Shown piece by piece: positions 11,340-22,955 of a stretch of 64,000 nt of DNA. The DNA comes from Octopus sinensis. Taxonomy: Eukaryota. Made by a program: the position numbers and the translations under genes. The first letter of the stretch is position 1. The number at the start of each line of letters is the position of its first letter. Where the stretch lies: assembly GCF_006345805.1 (NCBI RefSeq), contig NC_043000.1:124186001-124250000 (forward strand), read 5' to 3'. The notes under the pieces were generated by a model. It was not told where the DNA came from. It searched no databases and was given only the letters and a program-made list of their open reading frames with translations.

Positions 11340-12134
11340 TGTTGACGTCAGTATGCATGGATGTGTAATGTCAGTGTGCACACACGACCGAGTGTAAGCA
11401 TCCTGAGAAAAATGTTGGACATAAGAAGCATCGGATGTGGTGTGCAAGAGAGATGTTTGCACTGGTATGGTCATGTACTATGGATGGATGAGGAGAGATG
11501 TGTGAAGAAGTGCCACTCCCAAACAGTTGAAGGAATCCGGGGTCGAGGTAGACCCAGGAAGACATGGGATGAGGTGGTCAAGCATGACCATCAAACGTTG
11601 GGCCTCACAGAGGTAATGACGAAAGACCGAGATCTCAGGAGATATGCTGTGACTACAAAGACCCAACAAATGAATTGAGTTCATGGCTTGCAGGACGGCC
11701 TGCTGTGCTCACCTTGGATCGTAGGGCGACCTGCTGTGCTTGAGGAGACCTATTGAGTTAAGTTACATCAACATCAAAATAAAAATCAAGTGGAAATTGT
11801 AGTTGTCATACCCATGCCAGTGTCACATAAAAAGCACCATCCGAATGTGGCCGTTGACAGCGTTGCCTTGACTGTCGTCCATACCAGTGGCATGTAAAAA
11901 GCACCAACCGATCATGGCTGCTGCCAGCCTCCTCTGGCCCCTGTGCCAGTGGCACGTAAAAAGCACCCACTATACTCACAGAGTGGTTGGTGTTAGGAAG
12001 GACATCCAGCTGTAGAAACACTGCCAGATCAGACTGGAGCCCGGTGCAGCCTCCTGGCTTCCCAGATCCTGGTCGAACTGTCCAACCCATGCTAGCATGG
12101 AAAACGGACGTTAAACGATGATGATGATGATGAT
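11340..12134 (+). mobile_element. 5'-truncated RTE LINE: ORF2 C-terminus, 3'UTR and (GAT)n tail
   Basis: WMCNVSVHTR...VQERCLHWYGHVLWMDEERCVKK...RGRGRPRKTWDEVV (RTE C-terminal motif), contiguous with a repeat-containing 3'UTR ending GGACGTTAAACGATGATGATG. Confidence 0.9.
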
Positions 12135-12297
12135 TTTTCACAGCATAATTGATAGTACAAAGTTGCATTGTCATGAAATTGCTATTAACTGTTTTGTTAC
12201 CATTTTTCTGTAAAAAATGCACAGCCTTTTCTTAAATTAATTTTGAAAATAATGAAGACTTCAGTTAAATAATTTTGTCATTATTAATCTGGTGTTA

Positions 12298-12505
12298 AGG
12301 TGGCAAACTGGCAGAGCCATTAGCATCGTGGACAAAATGCTTGGCAGCAGTTCTTCCACTTTTATGTTCTGGGTTCTAATACCATTGCGGTTGACTTTGC
12401 CTTTCATCCTTTTAGCATAAGCACCAGTTGAGCACTGGGATCGAGGTACTCTGTGAGCCCCTATCCCTGAATATTTCAGGTCTTGTGCCTATTGTATAAA
12501 GAATT
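12298..12505 (+). mobile_element. SINE family A, diverged
   Basis: Head AGGTGGCAAACTGGCAG, body GTTGACTTTGCCTTTCATCC, tail 1. Confidence 0.8.
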
Positions 12506-12510
12506 ATTAA

Positions 12511-12731
12511 CCCTTTCGTTACCAACCCGGCTGAAACCACCTCTGGCTCTGTAGTACAAATGTCTTGTTTTCAAAAGTTCTGGATTAAAATCTTCCACCA
12601 AACCTTAGTCACAATTTATGTTCCTAACACTAGCTTAATGATAACTAAGCTATTTTACTAAATTCTTTGTTATATTTAAAGTAGTTGAAAGAAATACAGA
12701 GCATCTCAAAATAAATACAGTAACAAAAGGG
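12511..12731. mobile_element. piggyBac-type MITE (same family as 7469-7688)
   Basis: TTAA at 12507-12510 and 12732-12735; TIR CCCTTTCGTTAC / GTAACAAAAGGG. Confidence 0.92.
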
Positions 12732-12776
12732 TTAATCTTGTGTTTTGATGAAAGATTTTAAAAAAGATTGCTTTAA

Positions 12777-12965
12777 CCCTTTATGTTTTAAACTGGCCAT
12801 ATCAATCCCAGATATCTTATCTGTTTTATGTTCAAACCAGCTATATTGGGTCTCTCACACCTACCCTACTATGTCATTCTAAATTAAACCACCACATCAT
12901 CAAAATCTCAAAGCTACAAGATAATGTGTGATTACATTTGACAGAATAATCTGAATGCTAAAGGA
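12777..12965. mobile_element. Second TTAA-flanked MITE family
   Basis: TTAA-CCCTTTA ... TAAAGGA-TTAA; related reverse-oriented fragments at ~34915-35070 and ~56140-56225. Confidence 0.75.
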
Positions 12966-13061
12966 TTAAAACAGAAAGTTTTTAACAGAACCAGTGCAGG
13001 TCTCACACAAGTTACTATCAAAAGCATTATGATATATTTTACAAACAGTGTTATATCTTAA

Positions 13062-13454
13062 TCTCTATATATATAAAGCTGAAGTTATCTGTGTATGGCA
13101 GGTTTGGTAGCCTTCAACTAACACTATCTCCTCCGAGACCCTGCGGTGCAAGTTGACCAAAATTGAAAGTATGATAGAAGAAGGCTTGCTCTTCCTTCCA
13201 TAGAAGAAAAAATTCAAATTGGACCATGTTAACACCAAAAATTATTTACATCAAAAAGGTGCTTTTTTTTCTATGAAAATCCCAATTTTTTACGATGTTT
13301 TGACTGCTGTATCGCCATTTTTCAGTGTATTTCAACCAGAAAAATGTTCACTTAAAGAGAATAACAAGCTACATAATGCAAAATATTTACTTTTCAAAAA
13401 TTCCAATTCTAAAGGGTCGAACCAAACCCGAGCAACGCTGGGCGATACTTCTAG
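13062..13454 (+). mobile_element. Non-autonomous Helitron
   Basis: Starts A|TCTCTATATATATAAAG and ends with hairpin CCCGAGC-AAC-GCTGGG (13427-13442), then CTAG|T about 9 nt later. Inserted between A and T with no TSD. Confidence 0.8.
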
Positions 13455-13629
13455 TATATATAAAATTGGAATTTTAAGTCATTGATAGTAAAATAAAGGA
13501 AGTTTTAAAAAATATTGTTAGTTATAAGATTATTTATGACTAATGTTTAAGAAATATATAAAAATAACCATTCACAAGCATAAGGATATGTCAGAGAAGT
13601 TTCTTATATGGAATAAAACAAAAAAATTT

Positions 13630-13638
13630 GCTCACCTT
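13630..13638 (-). promoter_or_regulatory. Candidate splice donor of an upstream non-coding (5'UTR) exon of the OATP gene
   Basis: Strong AAG|GTGAGC donor in a repeat-free block (~13460-14200); the acceptor at 7260 needs an upstream exon. The pairing is inference only. Confidence 0.3.
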
Positions 13639-14254
13639 AAATGATCTGTGGAATGTCCTAATGTTTCAGCAAAGTAGAAATAGTCCAAATAGCTGGCAAT
13701 AAATTAGCTTTTATATAATTAATATCTCAAATGAAAGTGAATGTATTTTTTTGCCAGTCGAAAGCAATACAGCTGGTGCTATAAATTAATTGCACCAATG
13801 ATTTTATGTTTTGCTTATTATTGCAGTGTGACACACTCTTTAATTTATGCTTAAAATATGGAGATTTTACAATTTAATTCATCCAAGGCAGCAACCATCC
13901 TACTTAACACCATATGTTCATGTACGATTTTGAATATATTTACATGATTTTGCTGTCATTATACTATCATGTATATAATGGTGTCTCATTAGATAGATAT
14001 GGTCTAATTAGTAACATCTGATTTCATTAAATATTGGATCCAATTAAAAATGATAAGAGAAATGAGCATTCGATAGTCAGTATTTAACTTAAAAAGAATG
14101 TTGACAAAAATTGACCACTAAATTCTAATGAAAAGTAAATTGGATTATGAACAGGGTCAGTAAACAAAGCATTATTAGAACTGAGTCACCCCAGAGAGCT
14201 TTCATTAAAAAATAAAAGACATGACAATTATTGAGACTACTTTAAAACATTGAA

Positions 14255-14600
14255 TCTTTATTCTCACCAGTGCTACATCATTTGCACAAATGCCCCAACA
14301 ATCCAGACATCGGATTTGGAATTTGTCCAAGGATAGGACCACATGCCATATGTCTCCTACACAATTCAGGCTCACAACGTATAAATTTACTACAACACAA
14401 TTTCTTTACTTCAACAGGCCCTGATCTATTTAACATTGTCCCAAATGAAATCAAAGAAGATAAAGATCCCATTACCTTCAAATGAAACCTGGATAAATCT
14501 CAGTCAACAACAATTCCCTACTTCAATGGGCCATAGTACCACAAAGCTTTTCTTAAAAATTACTTACCAGATTCCATCAGGTGGTGCTATTAAGTTAGAC
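14255..14600 (+). mobile_element. LINE ORF2 C-terminal remnant (second CR1/L2-like family)
   Basis: PRIGPHAI...HNFFTSTGPDLFNIVPNEIKEDKDPITFK*NLDK matches the GPxLFNxxP...FKxxLDxFL LINE terminus. Confidence 0.65.
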
Positions 14601-14901
14601 ATGGCCTGGGCCCGTCTTTGGCTGAAACATATTTAAGTTATCTAAGTTATCTGATTAGGTTGGAGTTGAAAAGAGGTGAGATTTTTGGAAGAGATTGAAT
14701 GAGAGATCTTTCTCTTAGATAAAAGTATTTTATTTCATTTGTTTTTAAATTAATTTTTTTTTCATGTTAGCATGGATTGGATAAATGTAGTATTGAAGCA
14801 TTGTTTTACAGACTGATGCTTTTCCTGTTACTTACTTCATGTTTTTCAAGTAAAGGATATCGTATTCCACACATCCCTTTGAAGATGGACATGCACCCAC
14901 A

Positions 14902-14935
<34 letters not shown>

Positions 14936-14938
<3 letters not shown>

Positions 14939-15330
14939 CCACCAGGATTCAGTTCTCAGTTTCCTATTTATCATTGTCCTCCAGACCATAACAAAACTTT
15001 AAGACCAGCTGTCTCTGGTAACTCCTATACACTAGCATAGCTAGGGAGGTGGAGTGGCAGGGGCAGTCCACCCTGGGTGGCACTTTGGGTCTGCTGTAGG
15101 CAATATGTGTTTTTTGTGGGGGTCTGGAGCAGCAAATGGAAGTGCCGCCCTGGGTGGCACACACTCTGGCTACACTAGTGCTCCTATATGCTGATGACCT
15201 AGTTGTTATTGCTGAATCTGTTGTAAAATTAGAAAAGAAATTCTTGATGTGAAAGCAAAAACTTTGAATTAAGAAACCTCAATATGACCTTATCAAAGAC
15301 AAACAATATCAGTAAGTAGGAAAGGAAACA
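14936..15330 (+). mobile_element. RTE RT fragment interrupted by a hAT MITE
   Basis: HQDSVLSFLFII... [insertion] LLYADDLVVIAESVVKLEKKFL; the reading is restored when 15030-15180 and one TSD copy are removed. Confidence 0.8.
15030..15180. mobile_element. hAT-type MITE, 151 bp
   Basis: Perfect 8-bp TSD CTCCTATA (15022-15029, 15181-15188); imperfect TIR CACTAGCATAGCTAGGG / CTCTGGCTACACTAGTG; internal repeated CCCTGGGTGGCAC. Confidence 0.9.
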
Positions 15331-15678
15331 GGACTCTGCTTCTGTCTGGGAAATGATCTTACTCCAGTATGCTGAAGAATGTCTGACATCCTGTTCACTT
15401 CCTTTATCAAGAACTGAATGACAGCATGTTGTTTCTGTTTTGAACCTTATTTGCCAGCAATGAAGAATAGGAAAAACCAGTTACTCTACTGACACAGGTA
15501 GATTGAATGACTTGTAAGTTATATTAAAAGGATGCCCACTTTTGCATTTTTGATGGTTTGACAGGTGCTGGCAAGCCAGAGGTCCTCACCAAATCTCACT
15601 GTCTGTTTTGGCATGGTTTTTACAGCCAGATGCCCTTCCTAATGCCAACCACTTTACAGAGTAAACTGGGTGCTTTTT

Positions 15679-15869
15679 CTAGTCTATTCTACTCTAGGCA
15701 CAAAGCCTGAAATTGACTCCAGTTTGCAACAGGTACTTAATTTATTGACCCTGAAAGGATGAAAGGCAAAGTCGACTTCGGCGGAATTTGAACTCAGAAT
15801 GTAAAGACAGATGAAATATCGCTAAGAATTTCATCTGGTGTGCTAATGTTTCTGCCAGCTTGCTGCCTT
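15679..15869 (-). mobile_element. SINE family A nested in an RTE-3'UTR-like element
   Basis: 14-bp TSD ACTGGGTGCTTTTT at 15665-15678 and 15870-15883. Confidence 0.85.
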
Positions 15870-16914
15870 ACTGGGTGCTTTTTATGTGGCATCAACATCA
15901 GTGAGGTCTGCTTTGGCATAATATTTATGACTGGATGCCTTTCCTTCACTCCTATATACCTCAGCCCTCTGCCCTTCTCAATGAGCATCCTCTCCCTCAT
16001 CTATGCCCTTCACTCTGCCCCCTACCCCTCTGTTTTAGTTACTTATCACCTCCTCCTCCCCAGCCCACTCCCATTTCCTTCACCTTCCTCAAACTGATTT
16101 TTACCATTGATCATGTTTCCCCCATCCACCTGTTTGCCATTCCCTGTATCACCTACATCCCTACATTCCCATCATCTAACCATCTGTCACTTACCTCACA
16201 TCCTTGCAAACTTGCCTGCTATCTCAGCCTCTATCCCTCTTATCTTTTCCTATCTCCATCCTAACACCAACCACTTTACAAAGTGTGCTGGGTGCCTTCA
16301 TGCGGCACCGCACAGGTGCTTTTATATGGCAGTGTACAGGCTTTTGTACATGGCACCGGACAGGCACTTTTACCTGTTGCTGCACCTGTCTATATTTTTT
16401 GTAATACTTGAAACATTACAAAGTACTTAAAACTGAATACTCAAGTGAGCTTGAGACAAAGACAGGTGAAGGAACAACAAGCAGGTGTACTAGGTTGACA
16501 CTCAGGGAGAATGGAAAAGTCTTTGACATTTCAAGACTATGCTTTTCAACAGAAAGGATTGAGGGGAAAAAATAGAGAGAGAAAAATGTAGGGATTAACG
16601 GTTCAACCTGATGTGTGTGTTTGTGTGTGTGTATGTGTGCATGCACATGTATACATACATATATATATATAAAAATTTTACAATTATAAGCATAATTATA
16701 ATTAGGGTTCAGGAGTATTGCTGTCTGGGAGATATCTTATGGTAGTGGAATAATATTTAGCTGCTATTTCTAAATTTCAGTATGTGGTGAAGCAATTTTG
16801 CTGAACCCTAATTATAATTATGCTTATAATTATAAAATTTTTATACAAGTTTACCGATAATGGTTCTTTTAACATACCAAACTACTTGGTAAAATTATTA
16901 ATTATTAATTTTAC

Positions 16915-16930
16915 CCTATTATTATTATTA

Positions 16931-16975
<45 letters not shown>

Positions 16976-17090
16976 TATTATATATTATTATAATATATAT
17001 ATATATGTATATACACACATACACACATACATGAGAGTAATTTTTAAATGAATAGTACAAAAAGAAAACATACATGTGAATGTTGTAATG

Positions 17091-17125
<35 letters not shown>
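16915..17125. repeat. (TTA)n/(TA)n/(CA)n compound microsatellite
   Basis: Direct reading. Confidence 0.95.
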
Positions 17126-17312
17126 GAGTATGTTGCAAAAATAAAGATGTAACATGAAAGGTTAACTCTTCAAGTTTCTTCTGACATTCAGAGATGTTCA
17201 ATGTGGGTGTTCTTTGCAACACAGCAACTGTCTACATGATGGGCTGGTTCTTACCACACTCTCGGCAGCATTGTATGATTAATTGAATTCACTGCATCAC
17301 CTATCTGCTCAG

Positions 17313-17525
17313 TGGAAGCATGTGGCTTTGTGGATAGGGTGTTTGACTTACGATTGTAAGATTGTGGTTTCGATTCCTGGACTGGGCAATGCATTGTGTT
17401 CTTGAGCAAAAACATTTTATTTCACATTGCTCCAGTGCACTCAGCTGGCAAAACTTAGTAATCCTGTGACAGACCAGCATCTGGTCCAGGTGGAGAATTT
17501 ATACAGCATGGAAACAGGAAAACAA
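17313..17525 (+). mobile_element. CORE-like SINE family D
   Basis: Head GGAAGCATGTGGCTTTGTGG..GGTTTCGATTCC plus the CORE-like segment. Confidence 0.8.
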
Positions 17526-17554
17526 GCCCTTATAATATAATTTAATATAATAAT

Positions 17555-18245
17555 ATAACATAATATAATGAAATTATTGTATACAGTGCTCAGGTGCACC
17601 ACAACTTGTCAAAAGTGCACATAAAGCATATGCAGTAATGTACAAATGTCTGGGAAGTGAACAGTGTATGAGTCAGATACATGCTTGCGTGTGTATGGAG
17701 GGGAGAAAATCAGGTGTAGTGTTGGCGAATCACAGGAAGCATGGAAGTTTTGAAGGATGCAGTGCTCCAACAACTAACAACTGATGCTGGTAGTTTGTTC
17801 CATGCTTCAGCAACTCTTAGCATGAAAAAATGTTTCTGAAAGCCACGGAAGCTGTGCTGTTTTCTGACTTAGTAAACATGTCCACGGGTGTTAGACAGGT
17901 GGAGTTTGAAAAAGTGCTCAGAGTTATTGTTTGTAAGATGGTTAATAATTTTATGGGTGTCTGCCAAGTCAGCTGCCAGACGTTGGAGTTTCAATGTATC
18001 CATGCCCAGGGAAGTAAGGCGTTCAGAATATGGTAAATACCTGATGGAGGGTATTCTCTTGGTTGCATATCGGTGAACGGCTTCCAGACGATTAATATCC
18101 TGGGCAAGATAGGGGTTCCAGACTGGTGATGCAAATTCCAGGTGAGGCTGCACCATAGCTATATAAAGCCTCAGATAGATAGCCGGAGAGCGGCTCACAA
18201 AGGACTTGGTGAGTGATGAGTCAGCATGACTCGAGTAGGTAACCT
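17555..18245 (-). mobile_element. 5'-truncated CR1/L2-like LINE (ORF2 C-terminus and 3'UTR)
   Basis: LYIAMVQPHLEFASPVWNPYLAQDINRLEAVHRYATKRIPSIRYLPYSERL...RGH is a canonical CR1/L2-group C-terminal motif. Confidence 0.9.
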
Positions 18246-18249
18246 TTAC

Positions 18250-18496
18250 CTTTTTACCTACCTTCAACTTCTGTGGAAATGAGGGGTATGAACATCATGT
18301 CTTTCAGATATCTCCAAAGAAAAAAGTCATAAGTCGTCAGGTCAGGGGACCTGGAGGGGTGCCAGACTATCAATGGAAAATCATTCACCTCAAGCACAGC
18401 CAATCCAGCATTCTCGAAGATGCTGGATGAGGTAATCATGTACTTGTCTATGCCAATATGTTGAGGCCCTGTCTTGCTGCATAATGAAGTTGGGTA
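18250..18496 (-). mobile_element. Tc1/mariner-superfamily transposase fragment
   Basis: Degenerate QQDGAP..H region followed by WHPSRSPDLTTYDFFLWRYLKDMMF (WPPRSPDLTPxDFFLWGYLKDxV motif); truncated by a SINE B insertion. Confidence 0.75.
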
Positions 18497-18546
18497 CAAA
18501 GCCTTGTGAGTGGATTTGGTAGACAGAAACTGAAAGAAGCCCGTCG

Positions 18547-18577
<31 letters not shown>

Positions 18578-18957
18578 CATCATCATCATCATCATCGTTT
18601 AATGTCCGCTTTCCATGCTAACATGGGTTGGACGATTCAACTGGGGTCTGGCAAGCCCGAAGGCTGCACCAGGCCAGTCAGATCTGGCAGTGTTTCTACA
18701 GCTGGATGCCCTTCCTAACGCCAACCACTCCGAGAGTATAGTGGGTGATTTTATGTGCCACCGACACAGGTGCCAGACGGGGCTGGCAGACGGCCATGCT
18801 CGGATGGTGTTTTTTATGTGCCACCGACACAGGTGCCAGACGAGGCTGGCAGACGGCCACGCTCGGATGGTGTTTTCTTATGTGTCACCGACACAGGTGC
18901 CAGACAAGGCTGGCGAACGGCCACGCTCGGATGGTGTTTGTTACGTGCCCTCAGCAC

Positions 18958-19017
<60 letters not shown>

Positions 19018-19028
19018 GCATATATATA

Positions 19029-19072
<44 letters not shown>

Positions 19073-19111
19073 TATATATGTATATATATATATATGTGTA
19101 TATATATATGT

Positions 19112-19154
<43 letters not shown>

Positions 19155-19372
19155 GTGTGTGTGTGTGTGTCTATGTTTGTCCTCTCAACTTCGCTTGACA
19201 ACCGATGCTGGTGTGTTTGCATCCCTGTAACATAGCAGTTTGGCAAAAGAGACTGATAGAATAAGTACTAGGCTTACAAAGAATAAGTCCTGGGGTCAGT
19301 TTGCTTGACTAAAGGCAGTTCTCCAGCATGGCTGCAATCAAATGACTGAAACAAGTAAAAGAGTAAAAGAGT
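18497..19372 (+). mobile_element. SINE family B with an RTE 3'UTR fragment (~18577-18955) in its internal microsatellite
   Basis: B head-side arm 18497-18575; (CAT)n-led RTE end containing three ~62-bp tandem units; long (TA)n; B tail arm 19170-19372. Confidence 0.88.
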
Positions 19373-20607
19373 ATATGTTACAGAATGACCAAATCCAGGA
19401 TTGTAATACTTGCAAAGCTTTGTTTTGGCAACAGTCTACTTCAAGGGAAAAGCTTTGCCTGCAGTAGCATGACAGATATATGTTAATAGATTTATACTAG
19501 CACTAATATGCTAGTAGAAATATAAGTGATTGTATTTCTTTTATGTATTCTTCTTGATTTAAGACAGTAGGATGTAAATTCAGGGATACTTGGCTGCTAC
19601 TTCTATCATGTGATATTATTTAGAGAATAATGACTCTGAGATGCCATCCATATAGTTAAGTTAGTGCTAATCTGTTTAATATAATGAACATTAAAAAGCT
19701 AACCACACACAATTTTGCAGGGGTAAGAAAAGCAACATTATTCAATGATTAATATGGCGACTACAGAAGACAACTCTGAGCATGTTTCAGTTTTATTATG
19801 GCCTCATTAGTGAAGCATAAACTTCACTATACCTGCTGAATATTAGTTATTGACTAATACTGTTTTTACTATAAAATGAATAGGGTTGAAGTGAAATGTA
19901 TTTAAGTCTGCCTTCAATTCCAGACATGTCTAACAGGTGGGCATTCCATCTGTCAGGACCTAAGTTTTACCACTCTATATATTTATGGACTTTATTACAA
20001 CCTGTTTGGAAAAATGTCACAACAAATACTGCTGAGAACTCAGATGTTTACTGCAGTGGCTTTTGTGGGAAGAGGGTGGAAGATTGAAAAGATGTCAAAA
20101 AAATTACTCCCTTTTCAATATTGCTCAACATCATACTGTTTTTACTTTATGAGAATACTTCACAATTCACTGCTGACAGTATTGAAAGCATTTGACAAAC
20201 TTACAACATTGAATGGGCTCTGCTGTTGCTCCCTGCATTTCTTCCTTGTCACAAAAAACAAATCTGACTTTACCTCTGTTGTGATGTTATCTTATATTTA
20301 TTAGTCTTTTGAGTATAACCTTAGCCAGGACTTTCCTAGTAATGAATAGAAGTACTTTACTACTAATATTGGACTAAGCCTTGTTTTGATAGATAGTGCT
20401 AATGTTTGTAACTTTCTAGTGATGAGGTATATACTCCTGGTTTCATCATTTCATGCCTTAGGTAACTCCTCTCTTTTAAGAGCCCTACAATGCAATCAGT
20501 TAATACAAGTTGCTATGAAAAGGTTTTGCTGAGTAAGGGATAAGCTATATATTTGTATGGAAAGCTTTCCATTTCATCAGAGAGATTAATCAGTAGCAGC
20601 AACAACA

Positions 20608-20945
20608 GGAGGCGCAATAGCCCAATGGTTAGGGCAGCAGACTCGCGGTCAGAGGATCACAGTTTCGATTCCCAGTCTGGGCGTTGTGTGTGTTTATTGA
20701 GCGAAAACACCTAAAGCTCCATGAGGCTCCAGCAGGGGGTGGTGGCGACCCCTGTTGTACTCTTTCGCTCCAATTTTCTCTCACTCTTTCTTCCTGTTTC
20801 TTGTCACCGACTTCCTGAGCCTGGATGCGCATTCATCCATCCGTCGAAGCTCTCGGTGTTGGGAGTTGACCTGCTTTCTCTTCTGTAGGTCTTACGAATA
20901 GCAAAGGATCACATTTCAGACTTCTCCCACTGGGATGAAGACCAC
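20608..20945 (+). mobile_element. Distinct tRNA(Arg-like)-derived SINE
   Basis: Head GGAGGCGCAATAGCCCAATGGTTAGGGCAGCAGACTCGCGGTCAGAGGATCACAGTTTCGATTCCC with A/B boxes but no acceptor stem, followed by a non-tRNA body. Confidence 0.7.
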
Positions 20946-21186
20946 TTCACTCAATAAAGAAAGAAACAAACAAAAGCAGCAACAACAAGCTTTAGGCAAG
21001 AAGATTGCAAACAGGTGGAAAGTAACCATACACCTACCTCCACCTAATTTCATTAAACATGTCACCATGAATACAAACATACTTAATGAATGCTTACTAT
21101 ATGATTTTTGTATTCCAAAATTTTATTGTAATGTCTGTGCCATTGTTCTTCTTGTGGCTACAGAAAGAAATTACATAGCTGAAATC

Positions 21187-21189
<3 letters not shown>

Positions 21190-21221
<32 letters not shown>

Positions 21222-21900
21222 AATTATTGTATACAGTACTCAGGTGCACCACAACTTGTCAGAAGTGCGTATAAAGCATATGCAGTAATGTACAAATGTC
21301 AGATACATGCTTGCGTGCGTATGGAGGGGAGAAAATCAGGTGTAGTGTTGGCGAATCTCAGGAAGCATGGAAATTTTGAAGGCTGCAGTGCTCCAACAAC
21401 TAACAACTGATGGTGGCAGTTTGTTCCATACTTCAGCAACTCTTAGCGTGAAAAAATGTTTCTGAAAGTCATGGGAGCTGTGCTGTTTTCTAACTTTGTA
21501 AATATGTCCACAGGTGTTAGACAGGTGAAGTTTGAAAATGTGCTCAGAGTTATTGTTTGTAAGATGGTTAATAATTTTATGGGTGTCTGCCAAGTCAGCT
21601 GCCAGACGTTGGAGTTTCAAAGTATTCATGTCCAGGGAAGTAAGGCATTCAGAATATGTCAAATGCCTGATGGAGGGTATTCTCTTGGTTGCACGTCACT
21701 GAACAGTTTCCAGACGATTAATATCCTGTGCAAGATAGGGGTTCCAGACCAGTGATGCAAATTCCAGGTGAGGCCGCACCATAGCTATATAAAGCCTAAG
21801 ATAGATAGTCGGAGAGCGGCTCACAATGGATTTGGTGAGTGATGCCAAGACATCCTCAGCCTTCTTGGCAATTTTAGCAATGTGTTTTATCCAATGCAAA
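21190..21900 (-). mobile_element. 5'-truncated CR1/L2-like LINE
   Basis: Same family as 17555-18245 (MVRPHLEFASLVWNPYLAQDINRLETVQ; FFTLRVAEVWNKLP); (TTA)n tail. Confidence 0.9.
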
Positions 21901-22619
21901 TCGTTGTCAACAATAATGTCCCGGTCACATTCAATGAAGGAACCTCTATGTTGTTACTCAATGTGCTAAATGTAGAAGCCAAAACTTCTTCAGAGCACAA
22001 CCTACTGTTTTAAAGGGAAGGACACATTAAACAATATAGACTGAGATATAGGAGAAAAACTGATATGCCATTGATCATCAGTTTGCTCAGGGATGGCTGA
22101 TCTAGGGTTGTACAACTTCAGTACATCTTCAATTACCAGCAAATGACCTGTATGTTTAAGTAAACCTTCATTTCCAGACATGTCTAAAAGGAGGACATTC
22201 CATCTGTCATGGCCAAAGAATGAGCTTTACTACTCTAGATATTTATGTACCTTATTACAGACTGGAAGGAGTGTCACAACAAATATTGCTGAGAATTCAA
22301 ATGTTGTTTAATTCTCAAAAAAATTGCCACACTTTCAATCATGCTTAACACCATGTTGAAGAAAGTATTATATGAATGCAAACATTATTTTGTCTTTTCA
22401 TTAATATATGGAGTGGTACTAAAAATAGTTACTATTTTTTTTTTTAAATAGTTACTGGTTGATATTTGTTAGTTTGGGAACTGCTGGTTTACTGGGTCGT
22501 CCTTGGTCCAGAAGATCCGGTCTTTCTTTTTTTACTTTTCAGTGCCCTGTATCTTAGACTACCTTGTCCCACATGTTCAACTTTATTTTTAAATACAATA
22601 ATATGTTTATAGGTGTGCT

Positions 22620-22955
22620 AGTTCCACATAAAAATACCTGTGACAGTGCCATATAAAAACGTCTGTACCAGTGCCACATAAAAGCACCCAAATGAGTGCT
22701 CATAAAAGCACCCATGTTGGTTCCATGTAAAAGCGCCTGTGCTGGTGCCACATAAAATCGCCCGTATTGGTCCCATGTAAAAAGCACCCAGTGCACTCTA
22801 TGATATGGTTCGCGTTAGGAAGGGCATCAAGCCATAGGAACCATGCCAAAACAGAGAATTGGAACCTGGGCAGCTCCCCAGCTAGCCAGCTCCTGTCAAA
22901 CCGTCCAACCCATGCCAGCGCGGAAAACAGACGTTAAATGACAACGATGATGATT
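22620..22955 (+). mobile_element. RTE 3'UTR fragment with internal tandem repeats
   Basis: Repeated GTGCCA.ATAAAAGCACC units; ends CAGACGTTAAATGAC..GATGATGAT. Confidence 0.75.

Noticed and set aside
18615-19246. 206-aa ORF and overlapping ORFs; ~62-bp repeats superficially CRISPR-like
   Set aside because: They derive from RTE 3'UTR tandem units and (TA)n. There are no unique spacers, no cas genes, and the context is eukaryotic.
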